Origin: Convolutriloba macropyga
Taxonomy: Eukaryota
Direction of reading: 5' to 3'
Assembly: GCF_964194025.1 (NCBI RefSeq)
Contig: NC_134476.1
Span: forward strand, 13,268,001 to 13,332,000
Length of the DNA: 64,000 nucleotides
This document shows positions 1 through 12,159 of this stretch, one piece after another. Each line of letters begins with the position of its first letter. Within the stretch, counting starts at the first letter, position 1. Position numbers and translations under genes: made by a program. The notes beneath the pieces are model-generated. The model saw only the letters and a list, made by a program, of their open reading frames with translations, had not been told where the DNA came from and made no database searches.

Positions 1-3000
1 CCAAAATTGACAGAACTAGACTTAGCTTTTCCAATTTTGAGTATGTTTTGATTTGTTCATCTGACTCAAGTTTCAATTCAGAATTAAAGGAGTTATAAGC
101 AACAGTTCGCTAAAACTGCCTACCGTATAAGCTCTCTTCATCGGACTATGAACGCAAAACGGACATTTTTCAGGGACTTGGAAAGATCTTTTACTGTCGA
201 AAGATTAATAAAAAAGCACAAAATTAGAATTCTTTCACTTGACAGCTTATTGATTTCCGTCAAGGAAAAAACATTTTTCGTTAGAATGGGCTCGTATACG
301 CACAGAAAAGGGTCCCTCATTTCATTGAGAAACAAAATACAAGCAAATGTTGGAATTTAACCTGCATCTGATGGGATAAAACATTCAACCTGAGTTGGAA
401 CTATTTTTGAATAACTTACTTGGTCAATGCTGGCATTTTTGCTTATTCAACACATTCGACACAAATTTGACTTTTCCATTTTTCTAATCTTTCCTTAAAC
501 TGGATTATGATTGGCTGTCGGTTATCTCAACTCATGGGAGACTTTCAACAGTGACTTCAGTAATAATGAATTCCCGAGTAGGATGGACATTTGTTTGTAA
601 CACATATGGTATAAATCATGTAACATAATTTTAAATCTACTCGAGATGTCATCAAAAAGCCCAAGAGGTCCTGGTCATGTGATGACCATACCATTACTTT
701 GATCAAAAGTGTGAATGATTTGCATCTCATAGCACAGGAAAAGAAGGGCGAAACCTCAAAGCCTAATTATACGTTTTATGTGATCTGTCCAGTTATGTTA
801 ATAAAACAAAGCAAAAAGTTCCATGTTCTCCACTAAAACAAACAATAATGGAAACTTGAAGCTCAATTTTTCAGTGGGGGGGGCAAATTGTCTCTTTTTA
901 AATAAAAGATTTTATGAGATGACATGCGTTTCCATAGCGAAAATTCACAACATGTAAGCCAAGTCCATGCCAAATTTTGAATTTCCAGGACATCTTTTCG
1001 AATTCCGTATTTCGTGTATTCACAAGGTCTTAAACTCCCCAAGAACCCCACTTCTATTTCCAGGATATCGAACAGATCAAACATGGTTTTCCAAGAGTTA
1101 GTTTTTCACTAGAGCTAAAAAATGAGTCAAAATGCAGGTCAGTTACTGCTAAAACTAGAAGAGCTGCGCTTTAATAGGGTAAATTTTTCCTCTTGGTGAC
1201 TCAAAACAATCTTGCTAAGACCTTGGCAAGAGATGTGTAATACGTCAGAGACAACTTAAAAAGTACTGAAAAATCTTGCAATTTTCCATAAAATACAGTT
1301 TATCACGTTAGAACGTTATAAAACAACTGTTTTGATCAGTTTGAATTTATTTTAAGCCATTTTTTATTACAACAATTCTACGCTTACTCAATTTTTGTGT
1401 TTCATTCGGGCAACACATTTCTCTTACACTCGGATTTTGCTCGCATTGCTCTCTTATTCTCACACATAACAATGTACTATAATATTAAAACAACTGCAGA
1501 AAACTATAATTGCCAAGAATTTAATGAACGTACTTACAGTATATACAAGCTAGAAAATTATTTTCTTGATATTTAGAATACAACGCAAATGATCTCACTT
1601 GACTTGACATTAAGTGCTGTTAAAACGTCACTTGATGTACAGATGAAGAATTTTTTCTTATCTGTTATCAAATTATAAAGTTTTACTTTTGAACTACGTG
1701 TGTCTGACTCTTATTAAATTATCAATCATTTTACAAAAAAAGTAGCTGAGTTGATACATACCGCATCAAAATGACAAATCGCCCTTTATATATAATACAT
1801 ATTTCTTGTTATTAGTCGATTTTTTTTGTTCATAATCGCATAATCGCAATTGAAAAACACCTGCTCTTGTGATTAATTGCATAAGAACATCATCTTTCTG
1901 TTCTTTTGCCGCAGTTTTTTTCAAGTAATAGAAAGCTAGCCTCTTTTGTTTCAGAGGTTACAAAGTCATTACTTAATTTACATTTATTTGTTTGTCACTC
2001 TCTGGGTACGAGCTCGCAATCCTTCGGTTTTCGAACTAAAAGAATCAACTAATCATATTTCTTAGAACTGTTTTTAATTTTTCCCTATAATCGATGGTAC
2101 CAAAAAGCTGCATAATCTCGAAGAATGATATAAAAAACGATAGACATCCAAGGATTCGACAATTTGAGTTCAAATAATTTCCCTAGTCAATTATTAAAAC
2201 TTCTAGTTTTTGAAGCGTCTTGTTGACCGTCTGTATAGTATGTTTTCTAAGAAGTCTGCATCAACTTCATTCCGAAATTCCGGCTCTCTTTTTCCTAAAT
2301 TTCAAACAAAATTTTTCAGTTGGTGATCTCTGCCTCAAGGTACCCGATAAATTTTCCATTGTTTCGAGTTTCAACTAAAAGACAGCCAACAAGTACCTTC
2401 ACTCAATGCTGTTGTATAAATTCCTGACAATCTTTGATTTACGCATCTGAGCATCATTTTTTGAATGAACGACACTTGAAAAAAATGTTCAAAAAAATTC
2501 TCAAATTTTCCGACTAAACTAAACCGTTTAGTTTGTTTAGACATCCAAAAATCAACTTACTCTTCTTGCTGATTTTTTGCTCTCTAAAAAGATGTTGCTT
2601 TTCCGAACTCAAATATTTCGCTTTTTTTAAGTGAACTGGTTCCATTTTTTAAAGACTCCGCACAATTCAATCGCAGGAGACGCCTTGCAAAATTACTTTT
2701 TCGGGCACGCTTTTATGCACGTTGTTTATCAGATCTTGAAATTGAACTTAGTTCCTCTGGTATTTTGTTAACAAACTTGCGCATTTAGAATATTAAGAGG
2801 AGGTAAACAGTAAAAAATACAAAAAAACATAACCATGCTTTTTGTCTCGGTCAGCGCAAATCAATCTCGAGCTTGGATAGTTTGAGCATAGCGTGGTTTA
2901 GAGTCTGGATAGTTCTCTAATATGATCTGGATACTCAGAGCAGAACTTTTAGCCGTCTGATCAGAAACGACTCCAAAGTCTAGAAAAGTCTGATTAACAG

Positions 3001-4034
3001 TCAAGAGGCCGAACCGAAAAAACTGAATAGGTTTTTCACCTTCGATGGGACTGTTTTTTTTGACGAGCATTTGCCGATTTTTTGTCAGAAACTGGGTTTA
3101 AAATTGGGTTTAGTTGATTGCTGTTGATCTGAAAATTTCTCTTTGTTCGAAATTGTTATTTTTCCTAAATAAGTTAGAATCTGCGCTTCTCTTGAAAATA
3201 TGAATTTCCATTGTTTTGACTCTTTTCCAAAGGCAACAACTTTGATAAAGTGAAAAAAAAAGATTTTTTGGCACAGGTATTAAATTCATATTTTCGGTCG
3301 GATTTTCGAAGCTTCAAATTATTTAGTTCAAAAATAGAAAAATTGATCTCTTTGGGGGGGATACCTAGATGTGGCAGTTGTTTAATTTAGTGCAAATTTA
3401 ACTTACTAGTTTCTTGAATCGTTATCATTTCTATGTTTGGTGCTTATAAAAGTTTCTTATCATTAACTTTTACAGCTTAATCTTTATATCTACAGACCTA
3501 TCACACAAAGAGGCAACCTATAACCCTGTATAAAGTGGTTATTGGTAAATTAAGTTCATAAGTGTATTTTTGAACACTTATTCTTTCCCAATTTTTTTGA
3601 TGCGGGAGTACTTAAATATGATTTGAGGCAGCAGATATATTATTTATTATTAGACAACGATTTCGAGTTACCAACGCGGCGACTGTGATGGCTGTGAAAA
3701 GACTAACTGTTGTAAGTAAATCAAATTTATTTGTTCGTTAATTGTTGACTTCGTCCCTTTCCATTGAAGTAACACTGACGTCTTAATTAAGTTTCCCTCT
3801 GGACTTAAAAGGGTAAATCAACTCTTGTTGTGGCAAAAGCAGATGCGTATTTTCTCTCAAAGAAATCCGATCTCACCGTTCATTGAAGACCAACAAAATC
3901 TTAAGCAGAAGTAAAATTCTGAAATTCTCGAATTTTGCTAACTCCTCCATGACGATAACAACTACGCCAATACAGATTATTCATTATCCGACATGAAATT
4001 AAAATTTTTTGATTCATAAAATACTTGATGTAAC

Positions 4035-4600
4035 ACGGAGGTTGGTGGCAGAGTAAATCAGCGCTGAATCTGTCTGACGACATTCTGTTTTTTAGGTTTG
4101 GCAGTACTCTGTTCCAATTTACACAGGAAAGTCTTGATTTTTTAGTAAAAATTACTGGATGACAAATAATATGCTCAGCTTAACTTCCGCCAACAAGGTT
4201 TGATTTATATGCGCTTTGAACTTTCTGTGTAGGTACTTGTAACATTTAATTAGTGTAGCAAGTCGTAACCACTAAGCTGAATGGGCTTTGCGGCAATTGC
4301 CTACAGACCAGCTTATATAAAAATAATGTGTATTCTAGTATAATAATTACTAGTTATAAGATACAAAAGCATGACATTACTCTGCTCAGACTTAATTTTG
4401 GGCTATGAGTAATTTTCAGACTGCATGGGATATGTTTAGCCTGGGCTAACTCCATGACCTCCATATAATCATAATGAAGAAGAACGGAACATAAAGAAAC
4501 TTAAAATATTCTGAGGATGCAATGTTTTAGAACAGCGCTGGGTTTAGGTCCAGCGCTGAAATGCTCTGCGACTCAAGTTCGGGGGGCTTCAATATTAGAG
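4035..4600. repeat. Old ~550-bp interspersed repeat (copies at 12430-12980 inverted, and 46760-47330)
   Basis: Shared blocks GCAGAGTAAATCAGCGCTGAATC, GGCTTTG(C/T)GG.AATTGCCTACA, CATAATGAA...ACATAA.GAA.CTTAAAAT.TTCTG. Confidence 0.65.
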
Positions 4601-5493
4601 AATCAGCAATCCCTCAGAACCAGCTTACAACCTTTTCTTGCAAAGATTGTCGTATTTTTTCTATATTGGAAATTTTAGGATTTTTTCGGCGTTTTTTTGC
4701 GGATTTTTTTGCCATTAAAGTATTCTATAAAAACTTAGGTGTAATATTCAAAGAAGCATTCTTTGAGATCAAATTCTGAGATACAAAAATTATAGAAATA
4801 TGATTGAGAAATGATTGGAATATTTTGTAACAAAAGGGACATTTAATCGCAAAATTCCTTGATAAAAAAATTGATTTGACAGAAAAAAATGACAATAAAA
4901 ACAAATCTAATAGTCTCAAAAAAGTGACGACGCAAAAATTGTATCAAGGTATTTTTATCGGGATAATAGATTAAAAGGTGTAAGCGTTGTTTAATTTCAA
5001 CACTACAGTCTGTTTCTTTATATATTCTGCATATTTTCTTGCTCAGAATTCGGGCTTGTTTTAAATTTGTAATTTCCAGCAAGAGACGAGTTCTTCAGTT
5101 ATGTTTCGGTAACAAACATTTTTCTGATTAAACAATGACATATGACATGAATTCTGGAGCAGGGTAACGTTTTTTTAGAGGAACTTTCATCAGTGCTGTT
5201 TAGTGGGAAGTTTTATATTAACTGTAACCTCCATACTCTTCAAAATAACAAAATTTGTCATTAATTGAAGTGTCTAATAATACTATCCAAGCAAAACTGT
5301 ACATCAAAACAGATAATCACATTACAGTTCTATGATGATGGATTTTGGTTTGCAGTTGTTTTTGTTTGCGCTCTTTCTGTGACCAGGGCACTTGTTTTAA
5401 ACTAATAGTAATTGAAGTACTCAAAGAGCACTATCCTGATCACTTGACCTATGAAAAATGACTACTTAGTTCTAGTGGGTGGGCGAGTCTCTA

Positions 5494-6138
5494 CCCGGGT
5501 CGAGGTTTGGTGGTGAATTTTCGTAAGAAATGCGGTGAAATGCGGTGAAAAAAGATAATTTTCACCGCGTATTTCTTACATCTTTTTGCGGTGAATGCGG
5601 TGAATCGCGGTGAATTATTTTTTTTCACCGCGTTCTCAGTATTCTTACAAAAAAGAAGCGTCCCCTCACGGGTTCGATCCTCTGACCTCCTGCATGCCTT
5701 CAGCTGCTTACTCCACTGCCCCAACTGCCACTTACTACCTTGGCATTTCTCGTGAATTTAAATCAGATTGAGTAAACGTTGGAAAGCAAATGCGGTGAAT
5801 TTTTGTAAGAAATGCGGTGAAATGTGGTGAATTTTTTTTTCACCGCATCTAGCGGTCAAAAAAAATAATTCACCGCTTGAGAGAAAGCGGTGAATTATTT
5901 TTTTTCACCGCATTCACCACATTCACCGCATTTCTTACATTAATTTGCCATAATAGTCTATGCGGTGAATTTTTGTAAGAAATGCGGTGAATTTGGTGGT
6001 GAATTTTCGTAAGAAATGCGGTGAAAAGCGGTGAATTATTTTTTTCACCGCATTCACCGCAATCACCGCATTTCTTACGAAAATTCACCGCATTCACCGC
6101 ATTTCTTACGAAAATTTACCCAAAAACCTCGACCCGGG
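5494..6138. mobile_element. CCC-ended MITE (CMC/EnSpm-like) with CACCGC subterminal repeats
   Basis: TIR CCCGGGTCGAGGTTT / AAACCTCGACCCGGG, 2-bp TA flanks, dozens of TTCACCGC / GCGGTGAA motifs. Confidence 0.8.
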
Positions 6139-7840
6139 TATAAAATACGGCGTGGCTGTAAAAAAACGAGGCAACGCCTTCGGAAAGTCGAGTGCTACAG
6201 CAAACTAAGGGCGCGCTTCGAAAATTTATTTTATAAAAAAATTTGAGTGGAGTACGTTGTTGTCATGCGTCTGGCAAGAACAAAATAAACAGCTTTCAAA
6301 TAAACATATATACGTTGAGTACAGTCTTTGTATTAGTCATTTTGTCGTATTTTTAGGTTTCAGAGGTGCTCTACACATATGATTGCACATATGATTGCTC
6401 CTTTCAAAGATAAAAAATAGCACCAATTTCAGCAAAAGTATTTCAATTGACGATTAATGATTGTTGAAGCTAAGTTTTTGGTGTAAGGAGGGTTTGGCGA
6501 CCACCCAAGGCTTGAAAAGACTATAAGAAAGAAATTTTCATTACTAATGGTGACACAAAACAGCTGCAGGTTAAAAATAACAATAATGTAAATTATGAAT
6601 ACGAAAAAGCTCATCTGAGGAGAAACTACCTTTCAAACACCGTGAGAAATTCACTGTTTTTGTGCAAAAAACAGAACTAAGCAAAAATATTTTTCCTAAG
6701 CTCGTTTTGTTTGAACAAGTCTTTCAACCAAATGAAAGAAATTTTCTGATGCGTTCGAACACCTAATTCTACAATTTAAATTTTTCGAACATCGAAATTC
6801 GGTCCAGCTAAAAACAGCATCGAATTTGTGTTGAGTTTCAGTCGAGCGTCAAAATTCGAAGGAGCTAAAGTTCAGCGGCAAATTATTTGCGGAGGTTAAG
6901 TCCACAACAAAAAAATTCGGTCAAGCTAAAGTCCAGCTGTAGTTTAAAGTTGATTTGAAGTCTTTTCTTGCTCTATTTGTTTCATACCCGTTTTGTTTTT
7001 ATCACGGTCTTTTCATTAGTCGAGGTCTAAACTTGTGGGTAGTTTTTTATAGTTTGATCCGTTTTCATCCTACATGTACTACAAGGAGGCTCAGTAATTT
7101 GCGTTCACACATAATGTTTCGACCCTGCTGAACCAAACTTTCGGCTTAACTGTCTACCAATTGAGGAAGCGATAGAAAACTTTCGAAAATTCGATCATTT
7201 TTCGAAAATAACTGGTGTATAAATAAAAAAATGCGTCCAACTCAAATCACTCAGTTGAATTTTAAGAAAACGCCGCTTTAGAGCGCCGTGGAGATTTTTC
7301 AATAATAAGAATACGAGACAAGACAAAAAAAAATGAATTAACAACAACAGACATTAATTACACTTACTACTTTATGTCCATTTTTCAACAAAAATAACTT
7401 AATAACAAGTCAAAAAAGCCTCAAATAAAAGTGAAAGTAAACAAAACACCTTTTACTTTACTAGAAAACATATGGGACGACTCCATTGAAAAATTTTGCT
7501 CAGATTATGTCGTTTACAAACAGAACGTCAAACACAGATAAATAATTTCTTTTCAAAAAGCTATACTAAAGCCGTTAAAATCATAATGAATTCGATTAAA
7601 TCATCAGATATCTTAAATTTAAACAGTTTTTGATTCCAGAAAGGAGATATGTGACCTGTAATTTTGAGACTACGTATAAAACAGACAAACAAGAAGAGAA
7701 GACGCAAAGTTAAGAAATAATTTTATTTGAAATTGTTTCTTTCAAAATCTTTAAAATAAAAGCAGAAGAATCAATTTTGTTTAGTTCTCAATAAGAATTT
7801 TTTGAGACTTGTCATTGATTAGAAAGTGGCCTAAGTTAAA

Positions 7841-8403
7841 AAACATAGCAGGACAAGTCCTGACGTACAATTCAAAGAATTTTCATTGACTAAACAGAAA
7901 AACTAGACCTACAATGGACTATGAGTGAATTGAGAAAACCATTATTAAAAAAATCAGATCAAAAAAAAAGAAAAAAACAGAAAATCAATGTCAAAATGCC
8001 GCATGTGAACAAAAAAAAACACTAGCGAGAAATAAAAATTTAATTCAAACAAAAAACTAGACCAAGAACGGACTATGAATGGATTGGAAAAACCAATTAG
8101 AAAAAAATCCGATCGAAAAAATCGAAAAAAAAACTGTAAAAAACAAAGTGAAATTGCCGCATGTGAACAAAAAACCACTAGCGAGAAAGCGAATTTTTGT
8201 TCAAACCCCGTTTTCTCACTCTACTTTAAATTTAGAGCGAAAAAAATTCACGCCGCAAAACCACTCGCTTTTTCGCTCCACTTCCTGTTTCGGCGTGACC
8301 AAAATCACTACTCCAATTTGACTTCAAAAATCATGAAAATGTGTGAACAGATCTTAAAAAAAAAGACAGCGCCCATATACAATTCAAATTCTTTGAATTG
8401 TAA
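7841..8403 (-). mobile_element. Non-autonomous Helentron-type element (HINE), family B
   Basis: AAACATAG, hairpin CAGGAC-AA-GTCCTG and subTIR TACAATTCAAAG at the left end; palindrome TACAATTCAAA-TTC-TTTGAATTGTA at the right end. At least 5 copies in the window. Confidence 0.7.
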
Positions 8404-10384
8404 AAAAGTCAAAAACAGACAAAGCCAAAAAAGAAAAACAAAATCGAAGAACCAGTTACAACATCAATCAATTCGCTGAAAACTTTAGATATGATCAGCT
8501 GCAACTAATGACGCCAATAATTTGATATGTGACTTGTAATTAACAAAAATAGGTAATTAACGAAAATAGACAAAAAAGAACGAAGAAGCACAATCAATAT
8601 ATACTTAATTTTTTGAAAACAATATTTTCCAAAGCCATGAAATCTATCAGCTAACAATTCAAACCTTTAAATAGAATCAGCTGAATCATCCAACCAAGAC
8701 AATTAGGACATTTCATCAATCAAAAAATGAAATACGTTTAAAAACGTAGACAAAAATCGAAAAGTTTTTTTTTGGTACAAGAGCGGCGTCAAAGCCGTTA
8801 AAAAATGAACTCACTAAAAATTAGTTTTTTTTTCAATGGCACCACCCTATGATGTCAACAACATGGTATCCGACTGGTAACAAATAAAACGGTGTAAAAA
8901 GACAAAAATAAAACAAACGATGCAAAGCCAAAAAAATTTTTTTGAAAACAATTCTTTTCAAAGTCAGGAAAATTTATCAGTTGTAGATTTAGATCTTTAC
9001 ATATTTTTGTTTATTCTCCCAAATAAGCCAATGAGACCTGCCACCAAACAGAAATTGTCTCGCGTTCAAAGGAAGAACTTCAAACACAGACAATAAATCA
9101 GAAAACAACAAAATTATTTTTGGGACAACAGTTTTCGAAGCCATTAAAACCATAATCTTTCCATTAAAAGATAGACATCACCGAATGCCCCCCCCCCCCT
9201 CTGAAGCTAAATTGTGATATATAACCTGTGATTAATGAGAATAGGTAACAAATAGACAAAACAAACATAAGATGAAAAATTAAAAAAAATCCTTTATAGT
9301 TCTTGAAAAAATTATATTTCAAATCAAGAAAACCATCAGCTACCATCTAAAATCAGTATGTAGGCTCATTTTTTCTTTCCTCAAAACAAGCCATTAAACC
9401 TGCTGGTATTAAAAAACTAAGACAATTAAATAGAAAGTCCAAAAAATTCCATCAAATTCTTCTAGAAAACTGTGTCGAAGCCCTTAAAAGTTTAATCCAT
9501 TCCTTAGCAAAGTATATGTTAAAAAAGCCAGGTTTTTGAACCCCAAAAAGTATTAATTGACCTATCACGATATTGATAAGGTGACAAAAACCAGATAAAG
9601 GGCCTAAAAATTAGGCAAATGCCAAAAAATCAGACTTCTTTAAGGAAAACAATCGTATCGAAGCCTGAAAATAATTTTTTAAAATATAAAGAAAAAATTG
9701 AGATCAAAAATTAACTAAAGAGAAAATTTATTCTCCCGTTGCTGAAACTAAGCTACAATTTGCTCAAAATAAGGGCGAAATAATGGCAGAGCTCCATAAA
9801 CCGTTGTTTATTTTGAAAGAAATTCACGCTAAAAGTCAAAACAAAAATGGCCTTACGACAATAAAACTGAAAACATTACCTTGCTATTGATTATAAAGCC
9901 AATTGTGCTCTAAAATGAACATAAAAAAGCAGAATTTTTCGAAAGAAAAAAGACAGTCACTGATTACAATGCGGACTATTTTTGGATTTTAGAGCCCAAC
10001 AATCAGGCCAAAACTAGCCCTGCTCATACTGTTCGCTGAATAAGAACATGCAACGGTTGCCAGTGTTAATGTTAGAGATAATTTGACGAAAAATTTCAAT
10101 TGTCATAGAAAAATGACAATGTTTTAGTAACTATTGAGTTATATTAGCTGAAAACTGGTAAAGTTTCGAAACCAGAAAGCTTTCAAAGAATGCGGAGAAT
10201 TAAATTAACCCTCTCGCGAGGTGAATCAAATTGTGTCAGCTTTTTAAGTTTTCACGATCGGCAAATTTAAGCAAAGTTGATAAACGAAGCTTATATATTG
10301 CAATTTTTGATGAGAAGAGGCTGATTGGTTTTGAAATACATCGCGCAAATTTGAGCCAAACAATCAAATCCGATTTAATATCAA

Positions 10385-10427
<43 letters not shown>
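10385..10427. repeat. (CT)n microsatellite
   Basis: Seen directly in the sequence. Confidence 0.95.
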
Positions 10428-10431
<4 letters not shown>

Positions 10432-10833
10432 CTTTACAAAGCAAAACAAAACATTTTTTCGTAACGTTTTTAACATATTTTAACAAAATTGACAAAAATT
10501 TGGGCAAAATTTCGGAAAATGTGACCAAAAACAACGGAAATCTGTCTATTATTCACAGAACTTCAAACCTCGTTAACTCACTGGAAAAAATCGAAAATAA
10601 AGGGAAATCATTTTAATTCCATTTTCTACGCTGGACAGGCTTTCTAATGATACGCTCACAGCTCTCTACTATGTATATATCGACCCGTAAAAATTGACTG
10701 AACAAAAAAACCCATTTGAGTAAATAGTTCCTCCCCCACTAAAGTGGGTCGGAGCAATAAAAGCGTCTTAGACTTTTCAGCGATATGACCTACCAAAAAT
10801 TGTAACAGATGAGTTCAATAATTATTTTTTCAG

Positions 10834-11013
10834 GAACTGAATAAATTAAAAGAGAACCCTTTGGAGAACTGTACAATTGGCCCTGTGGACGAAGATGAAG
10901 ATATGTTCACATGGCAGGCTACAATCCAGGGTCCAAAAGAGAGTCCTTACGAGGGTGGCAAATTCTCACTGTCAATCTGTTTCCCATCCAACTGCCCTTT
11001 CAAAGCTCCAGAG
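10834..11013 (+). CDS. UBE2D: UBE2D/Ubc4-like ubiquitin-conjugating enzyme, internal exon (first exon not located)
   Basis: After tttttcag| translates ELNKLKENPLENCTIGPVDEDEDMFTWQATIQGPKESPYEGGKFSLSICFPSNCPFKAPE. The expected donor reads ATACGT. Confidence 0.88.
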
Positions 11014-11262
11014 ATACGTATTGTTATATCATAATTGCTTAGTACAACTTCTGCATATCTTCAAATTTCTGCAAATCTTTGTGTATGTCGACTACTCGAT
11101 GTTGTCTCTCTCTACATAATACTGCGATGCATTTCGCTCTTGCTATGCAAACTTATTAATTACGGCTTTTTTAAAATTTTGGTCTTAACTAGATCCGTTT
11201 ATTCACATTTAAGTCTTTATGTTTAAAAAGGAATTAGATTATTCCATAAACAAGAGAATTCG

Positions 11263-11507
11263 GAAATGCAATTTGAATTTCAAATTAGAATTTCCTAAAA
11301 ACGGGAAGTTGATAAGAAATGTGTTGATATTCTCATCGGGCTTTTATGCAAAGTGTCTAATTCCGCAGATTCTTTTGTTATTAGGTTAAAATAAAAAAAT
11401 ATATGCGGGAATTAAGCGCTTTTCTTAAGAGCTCGATCAACTTCAACCCATTTCTTATCAACTTCCCGTTTTTGTGAATTTCTAATTTGAAATTCAAATT
11501 GTGTTTC
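11263..11507. mobile_element. Fold-back MITE in the UBE2D-like intron
   Basis: About 60-bp imperfect inverted repeat CAATTTGAATTTCAAATTAGAA...AAAACGGGAAGTTGATAAGAAATG and its reverse complement. Confidence 0.7.
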
Positions 11508-11517
11508 GTTGTTGCAG

Positions 11518-11623
11518 GTTTCATTTCTGACAAAGATCTACCATCCGAATGTGAGCGTGGAGGGTGAGATTTGCATCGACCTGATCAAGAACAAATGGTC
11601 ACCATCAGTCACTATAGCAAAAG
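11518..11623 (+). CDS. UBE2D: UBE2D-like E2, catalytic exon
   Basis: ttgcag|VSFLTKIYHPNVSVEGEICIDLIKNKWSPSVTIAK-G|gt; the HPN motif and active-site Cys are intact. Confidence 0.92.
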
Positions 11624-12016
11624 GTTTTTCAAATTCATTCTTCCATTTTAAAACGTACACACTTGAATAATTTCCTATATTGAGATTTCTAATGTAACTG
11701 AAATTTTTTGCGTGATATTATTTTCACATGAGAATTGGAGTATAATATTTTTGTAATATGATCAAAGTGGGGAGAACAAAAAAAATTCAATAAAGGTCCA
11801 TTGCATGGTTCGAAAATGAGATAGACTGCTTTTATATGATTGACAAAACTGTTGAATTGTTTTCAGAATAGATAAGAATAGATCCACAAGAAATATCAGA
11901 ATAAATCCAAGAAATCAAATTTAGATGTAAAATATCCAGGGTGCTGGAGAAGAATTATTTATCAGAACATCACTTATACTTGAGAAAAACATCTTACAAG
12001 TTGTACTTCGTTTCAG

Positions 12017-12159
12017 TATTCGAGTCCATTTGTTCTCTTCTGTATGACCCGGAACTTGATGATCCGATGGAGCCAGAAGTTGCCGTCGTGTTTAAGGAAG
12101 ACTACCAACAGTTTTGTGATACTGCGAGGGAATGGACCACAAAGTACGCAATGAATTAG
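12017..12159 (+). CDS. UBE2D: UBE2D-like E2, last exon
   Basis: tttcag| in phase 1, then VFESICSLLYDPELDDPMEPEVAVVFKEDYQQFCDTAREWTTKYAMN-stop, matching the UBE2D C-terminus SICSLL.DP..DDP...AREWT.KYAM. Confidence 0.92.

Noticed and set aside
5491-6246. ORFs rich in AVN/HRI/SPH (also at 37821-40597)
   Set aside because: Translations of CACCGC MITE subterminal repeats.
8075-8479. Recurrent Lys-rich ORFs (also 27469, 36776, 38828)
   Set aside because: Internal sequence of the non-autonomous HINE B family; frames differ between copies.
9847-9870. ATG GCC TTA CGA CA ATA AAA as a frameshifted E2 first exon (MALR.IK)
   Set aside because: Needs a frameshift, has no donor, and is too short to distinguish from chance.
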